This document shows, piece after piece, positions 51,015-59,160 of a stretch of DNA of 64,000 nt. The stretch spans positions 123,440-187,439 of the forward strand of contig CAZUES010000001.1 in the NCBI GenBank assembly GCA_964619465.1, given 5' to 3'. The position numbers and the translations under genes are program-made. The stretch comes from an uncultured Gemmatimonas sp. (lineage in GTDB: Bacteria > Gemmatimonadota > Gemmatimonadetes > Gemmatimonadales > GWC2-71-9). Numbering within the stretch: position 1 is the stretch's first letter; every line of letters starts with the position of its first letter. The notes beneath the pieces were generated by a model. That model was not told the origin of the DNA. It saw only the letters and a program-made list of their open reading frames with translations, and made no database searches.

Positions 51015-52246
51015 CGACCCCCGAGCGGGCGCTTCCCGGCTGGCCGTCGGCGGTCATTGCCGGCGCGTACCAGACTGGTGTGTTGGGTGTTCGCAGTCTG
51101 GTCCGTCGCGGGGTGCGGGCCGTCTGCTTCGACTGCCACGCCGACTACCCTGGATTCCGCTCGGTCTACGGTCCCGCACGCCTCTGTCCCAACCCGGACA
51201 GCGATCCCGACGGCTGGGTGCGCTTCATGCTCGCCTTGTCGGCGGAACTGGGTGGACGCCCCGTTCTGATCGCAAGCGCGGATCAGTTCGTTTCTGCTAT
51301 CGCCCGGCATGAGGCGCTGTTGAGCGCTCACTTCGTACTGTCCCCCGGCGTGCGCTTGCAGGGTCTGCTGGCGGATAAACCGTCTCAGTATGACCTTGCC
51401 GCCCGGCATGGGATGCCGCTGCCTCGGACGCAGCTGGTGCGCACCGCGGAAGAGGTCGAAACATTCGGTCGGAGCGCGATGTTCCCGTGCCTCATGAAAC
51501 CGGGTCACTTTCGCGAGTGGCAGGTCTTTCCCGACGGACATCCGCTTTCATATGCCAAGGTAGCAATCGCGGCGACCCCGGAGCAGTTGCTCGAGCATTG
51601 GCAGTTGGCTCGCGCGGCGAATCCGGAGGTCATCCTGCAGGAGATCATCGAGGGTCCGGACACTGCCAAGCGGGTCTATCTGGCGGTCTATGATGCCGGC
51701 AGTCGCCGAATTGCGCGGGCCATGTTTCGGGAACTCCGGTGTGAGCCGGTCGGCTTCGGCCCTGCCAGTGTGAGCGAGCCGGTCGACGACCCGGAGGCCG
51801 ATGAAATCTGCGATAAGTTCCTCCGCAGCATCGAGTACGCCGGTATCTGTGAGATCGAAGTCAAGCGGGATACCCGCGATGGTCTGGTCAAGCTGATCGA
51901 GGCCAATCCCAGGCTCTCAGGAGGCGGCGATGCAGCCCCCTACGCCGGTGTGGATCTTTGCTGGCTTCACTATCTCGATCTGATCGGGCAGCCGGTCGAG
52001 GCCGTAGGACCGTCCGGCAAGCACTTCAAGCACATCGTACTCCGATCCGATGCGCGCACCGTGCTCGCCTATCGACGGGCCGGGCTGATCAGCTGGGGCG
52101 ATGTCTTCGCGTCCTACCGTCCACCGCTTGCCTTCTTCGATCTGGATCGCAAGGATCTCCGCTACTCGGCCGAAACCCTCTACCTCATGGTGCGTTCGTT
52201 CGTCGGCGGTCTGGTCAAGGGCTGGCTGCCGGGGAGGCGACGCTGA
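51011..52246 (+). CDS. ATP-grasp ligase (COG3919-like carboxylate-amine ligase)
   Basis: 'AVIAGAYQTGVLGVRSLVRRGVR', 'FPCLMKP', 'VILQEIIEGPD', 'GICEIEVKRDTRDGLVKLIEANPR'. The GTG at 51011 overlaps the upstream stop (GTGA). Confidence 0.75.
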   Translation: MTTPERALPGWPSAVIAGAYQTGVLGVRSLVRRGVRAVCFDCHADYPGFRSVYGPARLCPNPDSDPDGWVRFMLALSAELGGRPVLIASADQFVSAIARHEALLSAHFVLSPGVRLQGLLADKPSQYDLAARHGMPLPRTQLVRTAEEVETFGRSAMFPCLMKPGHFREWQVFPDGHPLSYAKVAIAATPEQLLEHWQLARAANPEVILQEIIEGPDTAKRVYLAVYDAGSRRIARAMFRELRCEPVGFGPASVSEPVDDPEADEICDKFLRSIEYAGICEIEVKRDTRDGLVKLIEANPRLSGGGDAAPYAGVDLCWLHYLDLIGQPVEAVGPSGKHFKHIVLRSDARTVLAYRRAGLISWGDVFASYRPPLAFFDLDRKDLRYSAETLYLMVRSFVGGLVKGWLPGRRR

Positions 52247-53202
52247 TGGCGGCGGTGCTCGAGTCGCTTCGCGTCGACGGATTCGAGGCGCTTGCCCTCG
52301 AGAACGATCAGGTGCGGGCGGTCGTGATTCCCGAGCTTGGTGGCCGCGTGTGGTCGCTCGAGGACCGGGTGCGGCGGCGCGAGTGGATCTGGCATCGCCC
52401 GGGCGTTCCGCTGGGGCGCCCTGGTCCGGATGCCGTGTATGATGACGTCTGGGCCGGTGGATGGGAGGAGTTGTTCCCTAACGATGGGGCAGGCCTCTTC
52501 GAAGGCCGAGACTTGCCCGACCACGGCGAGTGGTGGCAGACGGCATGGCGAGTTGCGGACCATGGGGATGGCGGCTCGGCTCGGCTCCGATTGACGGCCG
52601 AGCTGAATCGCCGACGGGTGGTCTGCTCCAAAGAGTTCTCGCTTGCTGCCGATGCGGATACTCTCCGGGTGACCTATCGGATCGAAAGTCGTGAGGCGGA
52701 GCCGTTTCACTTTCTTTTCAAGCAGCACCTGCCCATTGCGTTGACGGATCAATGCCGGCTCGTTGTGCCGGGTGGATGGGTCGAGGCCGTCGACCCGAGT
52801 TTCGGAACCTGGCTGGCCACAACCGAGAGATTTTCCTGGCCCGCCGGTCCGGCGCGTAATGGAGGAACGGTCGACCTCCGCCAGGTGCCCCCGCAGTCGG
52901 CGGGTGCGCAGGAGTTCATCTATCTGGGCGGATTGCCGGCGGGATGGTGTGGCGTCGACGATTCGGCCCGGGGGGCCGCGCTCCGGATGCACTATGATGT
53001 CGCCCGGATGCCCTATCTCTGGTTGTTCCTGGCGTATGGCGGTTGGCGTGACTGCTACACGGCGGTGCTGGAGCCATGCACCAACATGCCGAAAGATCTT
53101 ACCGAGGCGGTTGCGCGCGGGCAGTCGGCGCAGCTGGCGCCTGGCGGGGTATTCGAGACGACCGTCGCCGTGCAGCTCTCGAGCCTGGAGAAGGCGGGCT
53201 GA
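52246..53202 (+). CDS. galactose-mutarotase-like (aldose 1-epimerase superfamily) protein
   Basis: 'LENDQVRAVVIPELGGRVWSLEDR', 'GGWEELFPN', 'HGEWW', 'EPCTN'. ATG at 52246 overlaps the upstream TGA by 1 nt. Confidence 0.55.
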   Translation: MAAVLESLRVDGFEALALENDQVRAVVIPELGGRVWSLEDRVRRREWIWHRPGVPLGRPGPDAVYDDVWAGGWEELFPNDGAGLFEGRDLPDHGEWWQTAWRVADHGDGGSARLRLTAELNRRRVVCSKEFSLAADADTLRVTYRIESREAEPFHFLFKQHLPIALTDQCRLVVPGGWVEAVDPSFGTWLATTERFSWPAGPARNGGTVDLRQVPPQSAGAQEFIYLGGLPAGWCGVDDSARGAALRMHYDVARMPYLWLFLAYGGWRDCYTAVLEPCTNMPKDLTEAVARGQSAQLAPGGVFETTVAVQLSSLEKAG

Positions 53203-53203
53203 C

Positions 53204-55153
53204 GTGTCAGTGACGTCTTCACTTGCCGCCCCGGTCGTCTCGACCACTGCGACCCGTCGTCCCGAGACGAGCGTCGTGATCCGCTCGTTCAACGAAGAGC
53301 GGTGGCTGCCTGAAGTGTTCGAGGCGTTGGCACGTCAGCGATACCGGGATTTCGAGGTCATTCTGGTCGACTCGGGATCGGTCGATCACACCCGGGATAT
53401 TGCGGCGGCCCACGGGGCTCGTATCCTGCGCCTTCGCTCGGAAGATTTCACCTTCGGGTATTCGCTCAATCTTGGTATTCGCGAGGCGCAGGGCGCTTTC
53501 ATCGCGATCGTATCTGCACACGCGATTCCGTCTGACGAAGACTGGCTCGAGAACCTGGTGGCGCCGCTCCGCAATCCGGAAACCGCCATGGTCTACGGTG
53601 GTCAGCGGGGCCATCCCATTTCCAAGTTTTCCGAGGCGAGGGATTTCGAACGGGTGTTCCCGACCGAGGCGCACTCGATGCAGGTCGAGGAGTACTTTGC
53701 CAACAATGCCAATTCAGCGGTACGGCGAAGTCTTTGGGAGCTGCATCCGTTCGATGAAGGCCTGCCCGGGCTCGAGGACATCGAGTGGTCCAAGCATTGG
53801 AAGCTGAGCGGGCGCGAGGTCGTCTATCAGCCGGATGCCTGCATCATTCATGTGCATACCGAAACCTGGCCGAAGGTCCGGCAGCGATATTATCGCGAGG
53901 CGATGGCGGCGCGCTGGGTTGGGTTGCTGGTGCTCCGTCATATCCCGGGCCAGATCTGGCGAGAGGTCCGATGGTGTCTGCATGACTTGTGGCTGGCACT
54001 CCGCGCCGGCAGGTTCAGGGCGCTAGCCGGGGAGATCCTTCGGTTCCGGTATGCCAAGACGATGGGAACGGTCGAAGGGATCATGGACAGTCGTGGAATC
54101 GACAGCCCGGGGCGTCGGGCCGAGGTATTCTCGCAGCGGGGTTTCCCGGCTGTGGTGATCAGCGCGCCGCACAAGGCGCGCATCGAAGATCGCGTCATTC
54201 CGAGCCTCAAGCCCGGAGAAGTACTGATTCGCGTCGGGTACGTCGGTATCTGCGCAACCGACCTCGAGATTCTCGAGGGAACGCTAGGTTACTACAAGTC
54301 CGGGATGGCCAGTTATCCCATCATTCCCGGGCATGAATCCTCCGGAACGGTCGTAGGACTGGGACCCAGGATTACCGATCTGGCCGAAGGCGATCGGGTC
54401 GTCGTCGAGTGCATCCAGGGCTGTGGCGAATGCGATCTCTGCCGGGCGGATGGCGCGATCCAGTGTCGCGACCGCCGCGAGGTGGGGGTGATCGGGCAGG
54501 ATGGGGCGTATGCCACCTTCCTCGTGACGCGCGCGCGGTACGTGCACAAAGTGCCAGTCGGGGTGGGATTGAACACCGCCGCCCTGACCGAGCCGCTGGC
54601 CGTCGTCATCAAGGGCTTGAGACGACTCGGCTCCCAGGCGAGCGGAGACCCGCCGCGACGCTGCGCCGTGATCGGGGCAGGGACCATCGGACACCTGGCT
54701 GCCCGGGTACTGGCGTTGCGGGGGCACGACGTCACCTTGATTGACCGCGATCCCGGCCGTCTGGCGCTGCTGGGCGACACGGTGACGACGACGACCGAGA
54801 TGACCGGGCTCGACCGCTTCGAGTGGCTGATCGAGGCGACCGGAAACCAGGCTGCCCTTTCCGCTCTGCTGACCCGCTCGGCAACCGGGGCGACGCTGCT
54901 GTTGCTCGGTTTCCCTTACGCTGAGAGCGCTTTCAGCTTCGAGCACATCGTCGGGTTCGACCGGACGGTCATCGGTTCGGTCGGCAGCAACGGGCAGGAT
55001 TTCGATCAAGCCCTCGCTACCATGTCCTCGCTCGATACCAGTCCGTTTCTGGGTACCGTATTCCCCCTGGCTGACTTTGAGCAGGCGTGGACGGCGGTTC
55101 GGTCGCGTCGCCATCTTAAGGTGATGCTCCAGGTCGACGCGGGCGCAACCTGA
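53204..55153 (+). CDS. fusion protein: N-terminal GT2 glycosyltransferase + C-terminal Zn-dependent medium-chain dehydrogenase/reductase
   Basis: 'SVVIRSFNEERWLPEVFEALARQRYRDFEVILVDSGSVDHT' (GT2) and 'NSAVRR'. Then 'GEVLIRVGYVGICATDLEILEG...GHESSGTVVGLG...CGECDLCR...VIGAGTIGHL' (alcohol-dehydrogenase GroES-like and Rossmann domains). No stop separates the two halves. Confidence 0.8.
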   Translation: MSVTSSLAAPVVSTTATRRPETSVVIRSFNEERWLPEVFEALARQRYRDFEVILVDSGSVDHTRDIAAAHGARILRLRSEDFTFGYSLNLGIREAQGAFIAIVSAHAIPSDEDWLENLVAPLRNPETAMVYGGQRGHPISKFSEARDFERVFPTEAHSMQVEEYFANNANSAVRRSLWELHPFDEGLPGLEDIEWSKHWKLSGREVVYQPDACIIHVHTETWPKVRQRYYREAMAARWVGLLVLRHIPGQIWREVRWCLHDLWLALRAGRFRALAGEILRFRYAKTMGTVEGIMDSRGIDSPGRRAEVFSQRGFPAVVISAPHKARIEDRVIPSLKPGEVLIRVGYVGICATDLEILEGTLGYYKSGMASYPIIPGHESSGTVVGLGPRITDLAEGDRVVVECIQGCGECDLCRADGAIQCRDRREVGVIGQDGAYATFLVTRARYVHKVPVGVGLNTAALTEPLAVVIKGLRRLGSQASGDPPRRCAVIGAGTIGHLAARVLALRGHDVTLIDRDPGRLALLGDTVTTTTEMTGLDRFEWLIEATGNQAALSALLTRSATGATLLLLGFPYAESAFSFEHIVGFDRTVIGSVGSNGQDFDQALATMSSLDTSPFLGTVFPLADFEQAWTAVRSRRHLKVMLQVDAGAT

Positions 55154-55184
55154 TGTTGGCGAACGTCCTTCGAAAGGTCGTTGT

Positions 55185-55200
55185 GTTGCGCTTGCGCAAC
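55185..55200. promoter_or_regulatory. 16-bp perfect palindrome GTTGCG-cttg-CGCAAC (copy 3 of the recurring motif)
   Basis: Lies in the 105-bp gap upstream of the Wzy/WaaL-like gene. A GG at 55176-77 gives GG-N10-GC spacing to TTGC. An extra CGCAAC is at 55144-49. Confidence 0.5.
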
Positions 55201-55258
55201 AGTTCGACGCTGCCTACCGGGGTAAAGCTATGGCACCGGCCATGCTCAAGGTGAGGTA

Positions 55259-56656
55259 ATGACGGTGATTTCCGGAAACCATGTTGCTGGCGCGTCTGCC
55301 CTGGGCGGGCGCGCAGTGGCGGCGCCTTTGCGGAGTGCGGGGGCGGTGCCTCGCCGTATCCCGAAGGCTCTCGGTTTCCCGTTCATACTGCTCCTGATCT
55401 GGCTGGTATTCGAGTTTGCCCGGCCCCATATCCCGCTCAGAATCCCGATGATTGTCTCGGCGCTCTCGCTTGGGCTCTGGATCTTCCGTAAAGACAAGCA
55501 GTGGGCGCCGCATACCTGGTGGTTTCTGGTCATCCTGGCTGGTCTCGGGATCATGACTCCGTTTGCCGCGAACAACTACTGGGCCTACCAGGGATTGATC
55601 GCGATGACGGTGTTGTTCTTCTCCATTTGCTTTACGCTCCAGTCCGTCGTCACGACGGTCCGGCAGGTGAAGTGGTGGAGTTATACCCTGGTCTTGGTGA
55701 TTACCTACGTCGCCCTGTTCGCCATGCGCAACGGCGGTTACGGTCCGGCCGGGTCGGACGGAGCGCAGGATGAAAACTACGTTGCGGCCATGATCGGGAT
55801 GGCGGCACCGTTCGCTTACTTCCTCTGTTTTGTCGATAAGCGATGGATCGTGCGTGGGCTACTGCTCGTCGCGCTGGCGGTATTCTCTGCGGCCATGGTC
55901 GCTCAAGAGAATGTGTCGCGAGGTGGATTCCTCGGGCTGCTTTCGGTCGTATTCTATTGCCTCTGGCGTTCACCGCGGAAGGTGACCGGGTTCACGCTGA
56001 TCGCGCTTGCCGGCATCGTGTTCGCTATGCTGGCCGGCCCCGCGTACTGGGAAGAAATCCGCAGTACGACGGACTTATCCGACGAAACGGCGGACGTTCG
56101 GCTCGAGATCTGGCGGATGGGTTTCCGGATGTGGCAGGCCTACCCGCTGTTCGGAGTCGGCGCGAATAATTTCCGCTGGGTGCTGGACGACTTCACCACT
56201 ACTGCGCAGCTGATGAAGTTCGGGCGGTCCCTGTCCGGCAGCCTGGTGGCCCACTCGATGCACGTCGAGCTCCTCTCTGAATGGGGATTGGTCGGGGTCG
56301 TGTCGTCGGGCATGCTTGCCTGGCATACCTGGAAGGGACTCGGTAAAGTCCAGCGCGACACTGCGAAGCTGGTGGGAACGTCGCCTCAGATCGTCGAACT
56401 ACGTTCGCTGGGCATACTGGCGGATGCTATCCGTGCCAGCATGCTGGCGATTATGGTCAACGGCGTTTTCCTCTCGCTGCTCTATTTCTCCCATATCTGG
56501 TTGCTGATAGCCGTAGGCACCGCCGTTCCGTTCGTCTATCGCCGGCACATGCGGGCGCTGACGCCGGCGCCGACTGGATCCCCGCCTCTACCGGTGCGCA
56601 GACCGTCGGTACGCCCGGGGCAGCGACATCCCCTTCCTTCAACGGTCATAGGCTGA
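55259..56656 (+). CDS. O-antigen ligase/polymerase-like (Wzy_C/WaaL family) polytopic membrane protein
   Basis: About 10 TM helices. 'RLEIWRMGFRMWQAYPLFGVGANNF...AHSMHVELLSEWG' is the family signature loop. AGGTGAGG Shine-Dalgarno before the ATG. Confidence 0.8.
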   Translation: MTVISGNHVAGASALGGRAVAAPLRSAGAVPRRIPKALGFPFILLLIWLVFEFARPHIPLRIPMIVSALSLGLWIFRKDKQWAPHTWWFLVILAGLGIMTPFAANNYWAYQGLIAMTVLFFSICFTLQSVVTTVRQVKWWSYTLVLVITYVALFAMRNGGYGPAGSDGAQDENYVAAMIGMAAPFAYFLCFVDKRWIVRGLLLVALAVFSAAMVAQENVSRGGFLGLLSVVFYCLWRSPRKVTGFTLIALAGIVFAMLAGPAYWEEIRSTTDLSDETADVRLEIWRMGFRMWQAYPLFGVGANNFRWVLDDFTTTAQLMKFGRSLSGSLVAHSMHVELLSEWGLVGVVSSGMLAWHTWKGLGKVQRDTAKLVGTSPQIVELRSLGILADAIRASMLAIMVNGVFLSLLYFSHIWLLIAVGTAVPFVYRRHMRALTPAPTGSPPLPVRRPSVRPGQRHPLPSTVIG

Positions 56657-57762
56657 TGAAGCAGCGACTCCGGAATTGGCTCCTCAACGGGACGATGGTG
56701 CTGATCGCGCTGGTGATAGCCTTTATCCTGACCGAGACGGCCGTCCGTTTTCTTGCTCCGCAACCGACCGGCCTCTCGCATCAAGACCGCTATGGGCTCG
56801 TGATGCACTGGCCGAGTCTGACTCGATATCTGCCCCAGTTCGGTCACGAAGCCTCATTCAACTCGGAAGGGATGCGGGATCGTGAGCATGAGTTGGAGAA
56901 GGCGGCCGGTACCTATCGCGTTCTCGTCCTGGGGGACTCCTTCATGGAGGCCATGCAGGTACCGTTCGAGGCCTCGTTGCCAAGCCTGGTGGAGCGGGGG
57001 TTGTCGGAGCGAACCGGCCGTCCAGTAGAGGTCATCAACGGTGGCACGAGCGGGTGGGGTACCGACGATCAACTCCGCTATTACACCCAGTATGCTGCGA
57101 AGTGGAAGCCCGACCTGATTCTGGTCGCAATGACGCTGCACAACGACATTAGCGACAATCTGCGCGAGGACTGGCATCGGATGGAGGACGGCGCGCTGGT
57201 GGAGCAACACCGCGAGCCGAAGTCATACTGGGCGTACAAGAAGATCCAGCTCAAGGCCTTCATTGCAACCCGCTTCCAGACCTACACGCTCTGGCGGAAG
57301 GTGCGCCATCGGCGTGAGATCCGCGATACCGGTCGGGAGCTCAATCAGCACATCGTTGACCTCTTTCATGAGCCGCCGTCGGAGAAGCTGGCCCGCGGAT
57401 TCGAGATGACCGAAAAGTTGCTGGGTAAGCTTCAGGCGGTAGCCGGCCCGGATACTCGGGTTGCCCTCCTGCTCTTGCCGCTTCACGTCCAGTTGACCGA
57501 CAGCGCGTTTACCGAGTTTGTCGACCGAGCCCAGGTTGCTCCGACCGCGATGCAACTCGATCGCCCGCAACGGGTCATGACCGAGGCTGCCCAACGCCTG
57601 GGCATTCCCGTGATCGATTTGTTGCCCAGGTTCAGGGCCTGGAGCGCGACCCGGCAGGAGCCCCTCTACATCGACTGGGACGGGCATTGGAACCAGGCCG
57701 GTCATCGCCTCGCGTCGGAGGTTTCAGCTGAGGGAATCGTCGACGCGGGTGTAATGCCCTGA
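56656..57762 (+). CDS. membrane-anchored SGNH/GDSL-like hydrolase/acyltransferase, paralogue 2
   Basis: N-terminal TM, 'FNSEGMRDRE', 'YRVLVLGDSFMEA' (block I), 'GGTSGWGT' (block II), 'DGHWN' (block V-like). Confidence 0.7.
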   Translation: MKQRLRNWLLNGTMVLIALVIAFILTETAVRFLAPQPTGLSHQDRYGLVMHWPSLTRYLPQFGHEASFNSEGMRDREHELEKAAGTYRVLVLGDSFMEAMQVPFEASLPSLVERGLSERTGRPVEVINGGTSGWGTDDQLRYYTQYAAKWKPDLILVAMTLHNDISDNLREDWHRMEDGALVEQHREPKSYWAYKKIQLKAFIATRFQTYTLWRKVRHRREIRDTGRELNQHIVDLFHEPPSEKLARGFEMTEKLLGKLQAVAGPDTRVALLLLPLHVQLTDSAFTEFVDRAQVAPTAMQLDRPQRVMTEAAQRLGIPVIDLLPRFRAWSATRQEPLYIDWDGHWNQAGHRLASEVSAEGIVDAGVMP

Positions 57763-57843
57763 CCACCGTGACCTGGTTCCTGGCACCATGATTGCTCCCC
57801 CAGCCAGTGCCGATACTCGGTCCAGCCGCCGCGTGCCCAGCCT

Positions 57844-59160
57844 GTGCAAGGCGGCCCGGCCAACCCGAACCCCTGGTGGATTTTCGTGCCTGCTGGAACA
57901 CTGACGCCGACGGCCTCGGCCGAGCCCAAGAGTTCGGTGGCTCCGGTTCCTCCGGTTGCCGAGGCGGCGGAGCCTGGATCTTCGGTCGCCGGCCTGGCTG
58001 ACGCATCCTCGGGTCGGATCGCGGTCGTTGATGGTTTGCGGGGCGCCGCCATCCTGATCGTCATGTTGCTCCACTTTGCCATGATGCGACCGACCGGTGA
58101 CGCCGAGGAGGTCGTGGTCGCGCTGCTGGAAACTGGTTGGATCGGGGTCGACCTCTTCTTCGTGCTGTCCGGCTTCCTCATCACAGGCATCCTCTGGGAC
58201 GCGCGTGGCGGCGACGGCTTCTTCCGGCGATTCTATGCGCGGCGTACTCTGCGGATCTTCCCGCTCTACTACGCCTTTCTCTTCGTCATTCTGATCATCT
58301 TTCCCGCCGTATTCGATCACTATGCGGCCGAACATGCCACCTCGGATCAGCGGGTCTGGCTCTGGACCTATCTGGGCAACGTACTGATGGCGCGGGACGG
58401 GTGGAGCGGAATGCCGTCCCATACCACGCATCTCTGGTCGCTTGCGGTCGAGGAGCAGTTTTACCTGATCTGGCCGCTGGTCGTGTTCTTCCTGAGCCGT
58501 CGGGCGATGATCGGAACCTGTCTTGCCATCCTGGCGTTGTCGCCGCTGGTACGATTGGCTTTCGATATCGTTCAGCCCGATGGCATTGCTTCGTATACGC
58601 TGCTGCCGGCGCGGCTCGACGGACTGGCGCTCGGTGGGCTGATCGCGCTCGCGGTTCGCGGCAACTATTCCCTGCCGCTGCTGGGGCGGTCCGGGCGGCA
58701 AATGCTGTTTGTCGGGGGGGTGGGTCTCTTCGCCCTGATGGCGTTCGGCCAGTCGATCGGGTGGAAAGGCTTGCTGCCGGCGCTCGACCGTGATGTGCAG
58801 CTGGCGGGCTATTCTCTGGTCGCGTTGCTGTTCGGCGGTTTACTGCTCTATGCCCTTGCCACGCCGGCGGGATCCCGGCTGCACTGGGTTCTCAATACCC
58901 GCTTGCTGCAGAGTTTCGGCAAGTACAGCTATGGCCTCTATCTCTTCCACGTGCCGTTGCGCAACCTGATTCGGGAACGGGTCGTTCTGGCCGGTGGGCT
59001 GCCGCGGGTTGGGGGCACCGAGGCTCCTGCGCAGGCCGTCCTCTTCGTCGGAGCTATCGGCCTCACCTGGCTGGTTGCCGTTGCGAGTTGGCACGTCTAC
59101 GAGAAGCACTGGCTCAAGCTCAAGCAGTTGGTTCCTTACGCTCATGAGTCGAAAGGGTGA
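57844..59160 (+). CDS. acyltransferase family 3 (OafA/NolL-like) membrane O-acyltransferase
   Basis: 'VVDGLRGAAILIVMLLH', 'VDLFFVLSGFLIT', 'RRTLRIFPLYY', 'HLWSLAVEEQFYLIWP'. Start uncertain (GTG at 57844 or GTG at 57937). Confidence 0.8.
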   Translation: MQGGPANPNPWWIFVPAGTLTPTASAEPKSSVAPVPPVAEAAEPGSSVAGLADASSGRIAVVDGLRGAAILIVMLLHFAMMRPTGDAEEVVVALLETGWIGVDLFFVLSGFLITGILWDARGGDGFFRRFYARRTLRIFPLYYAFLFVILIIFPAVFDHYAAEHATSDQRVWLWTYLGNVLMARDGWSGMPSHTTHLWSLAVEEQFYLIWPLVVFFLSRRAMIGTCLAILALSPLVRLAFDIVQPDGIASYTLLPARLDGLALGGLIALAVRGNYSLPLLGRSGRQMLFVGGVGLFALMAFGQSIGWKGLLPALDRDVQLAGYSLVALLFGGLLLYALATPAGSRLHWVLNTRLLQSFGKYSYGLYLFHVPLRNLIRERVVLAGGLPRVGGTEAPAQAVLFVGAIGLTWLVAVASWHVYEKHWLKLKQLVPYAHESKG

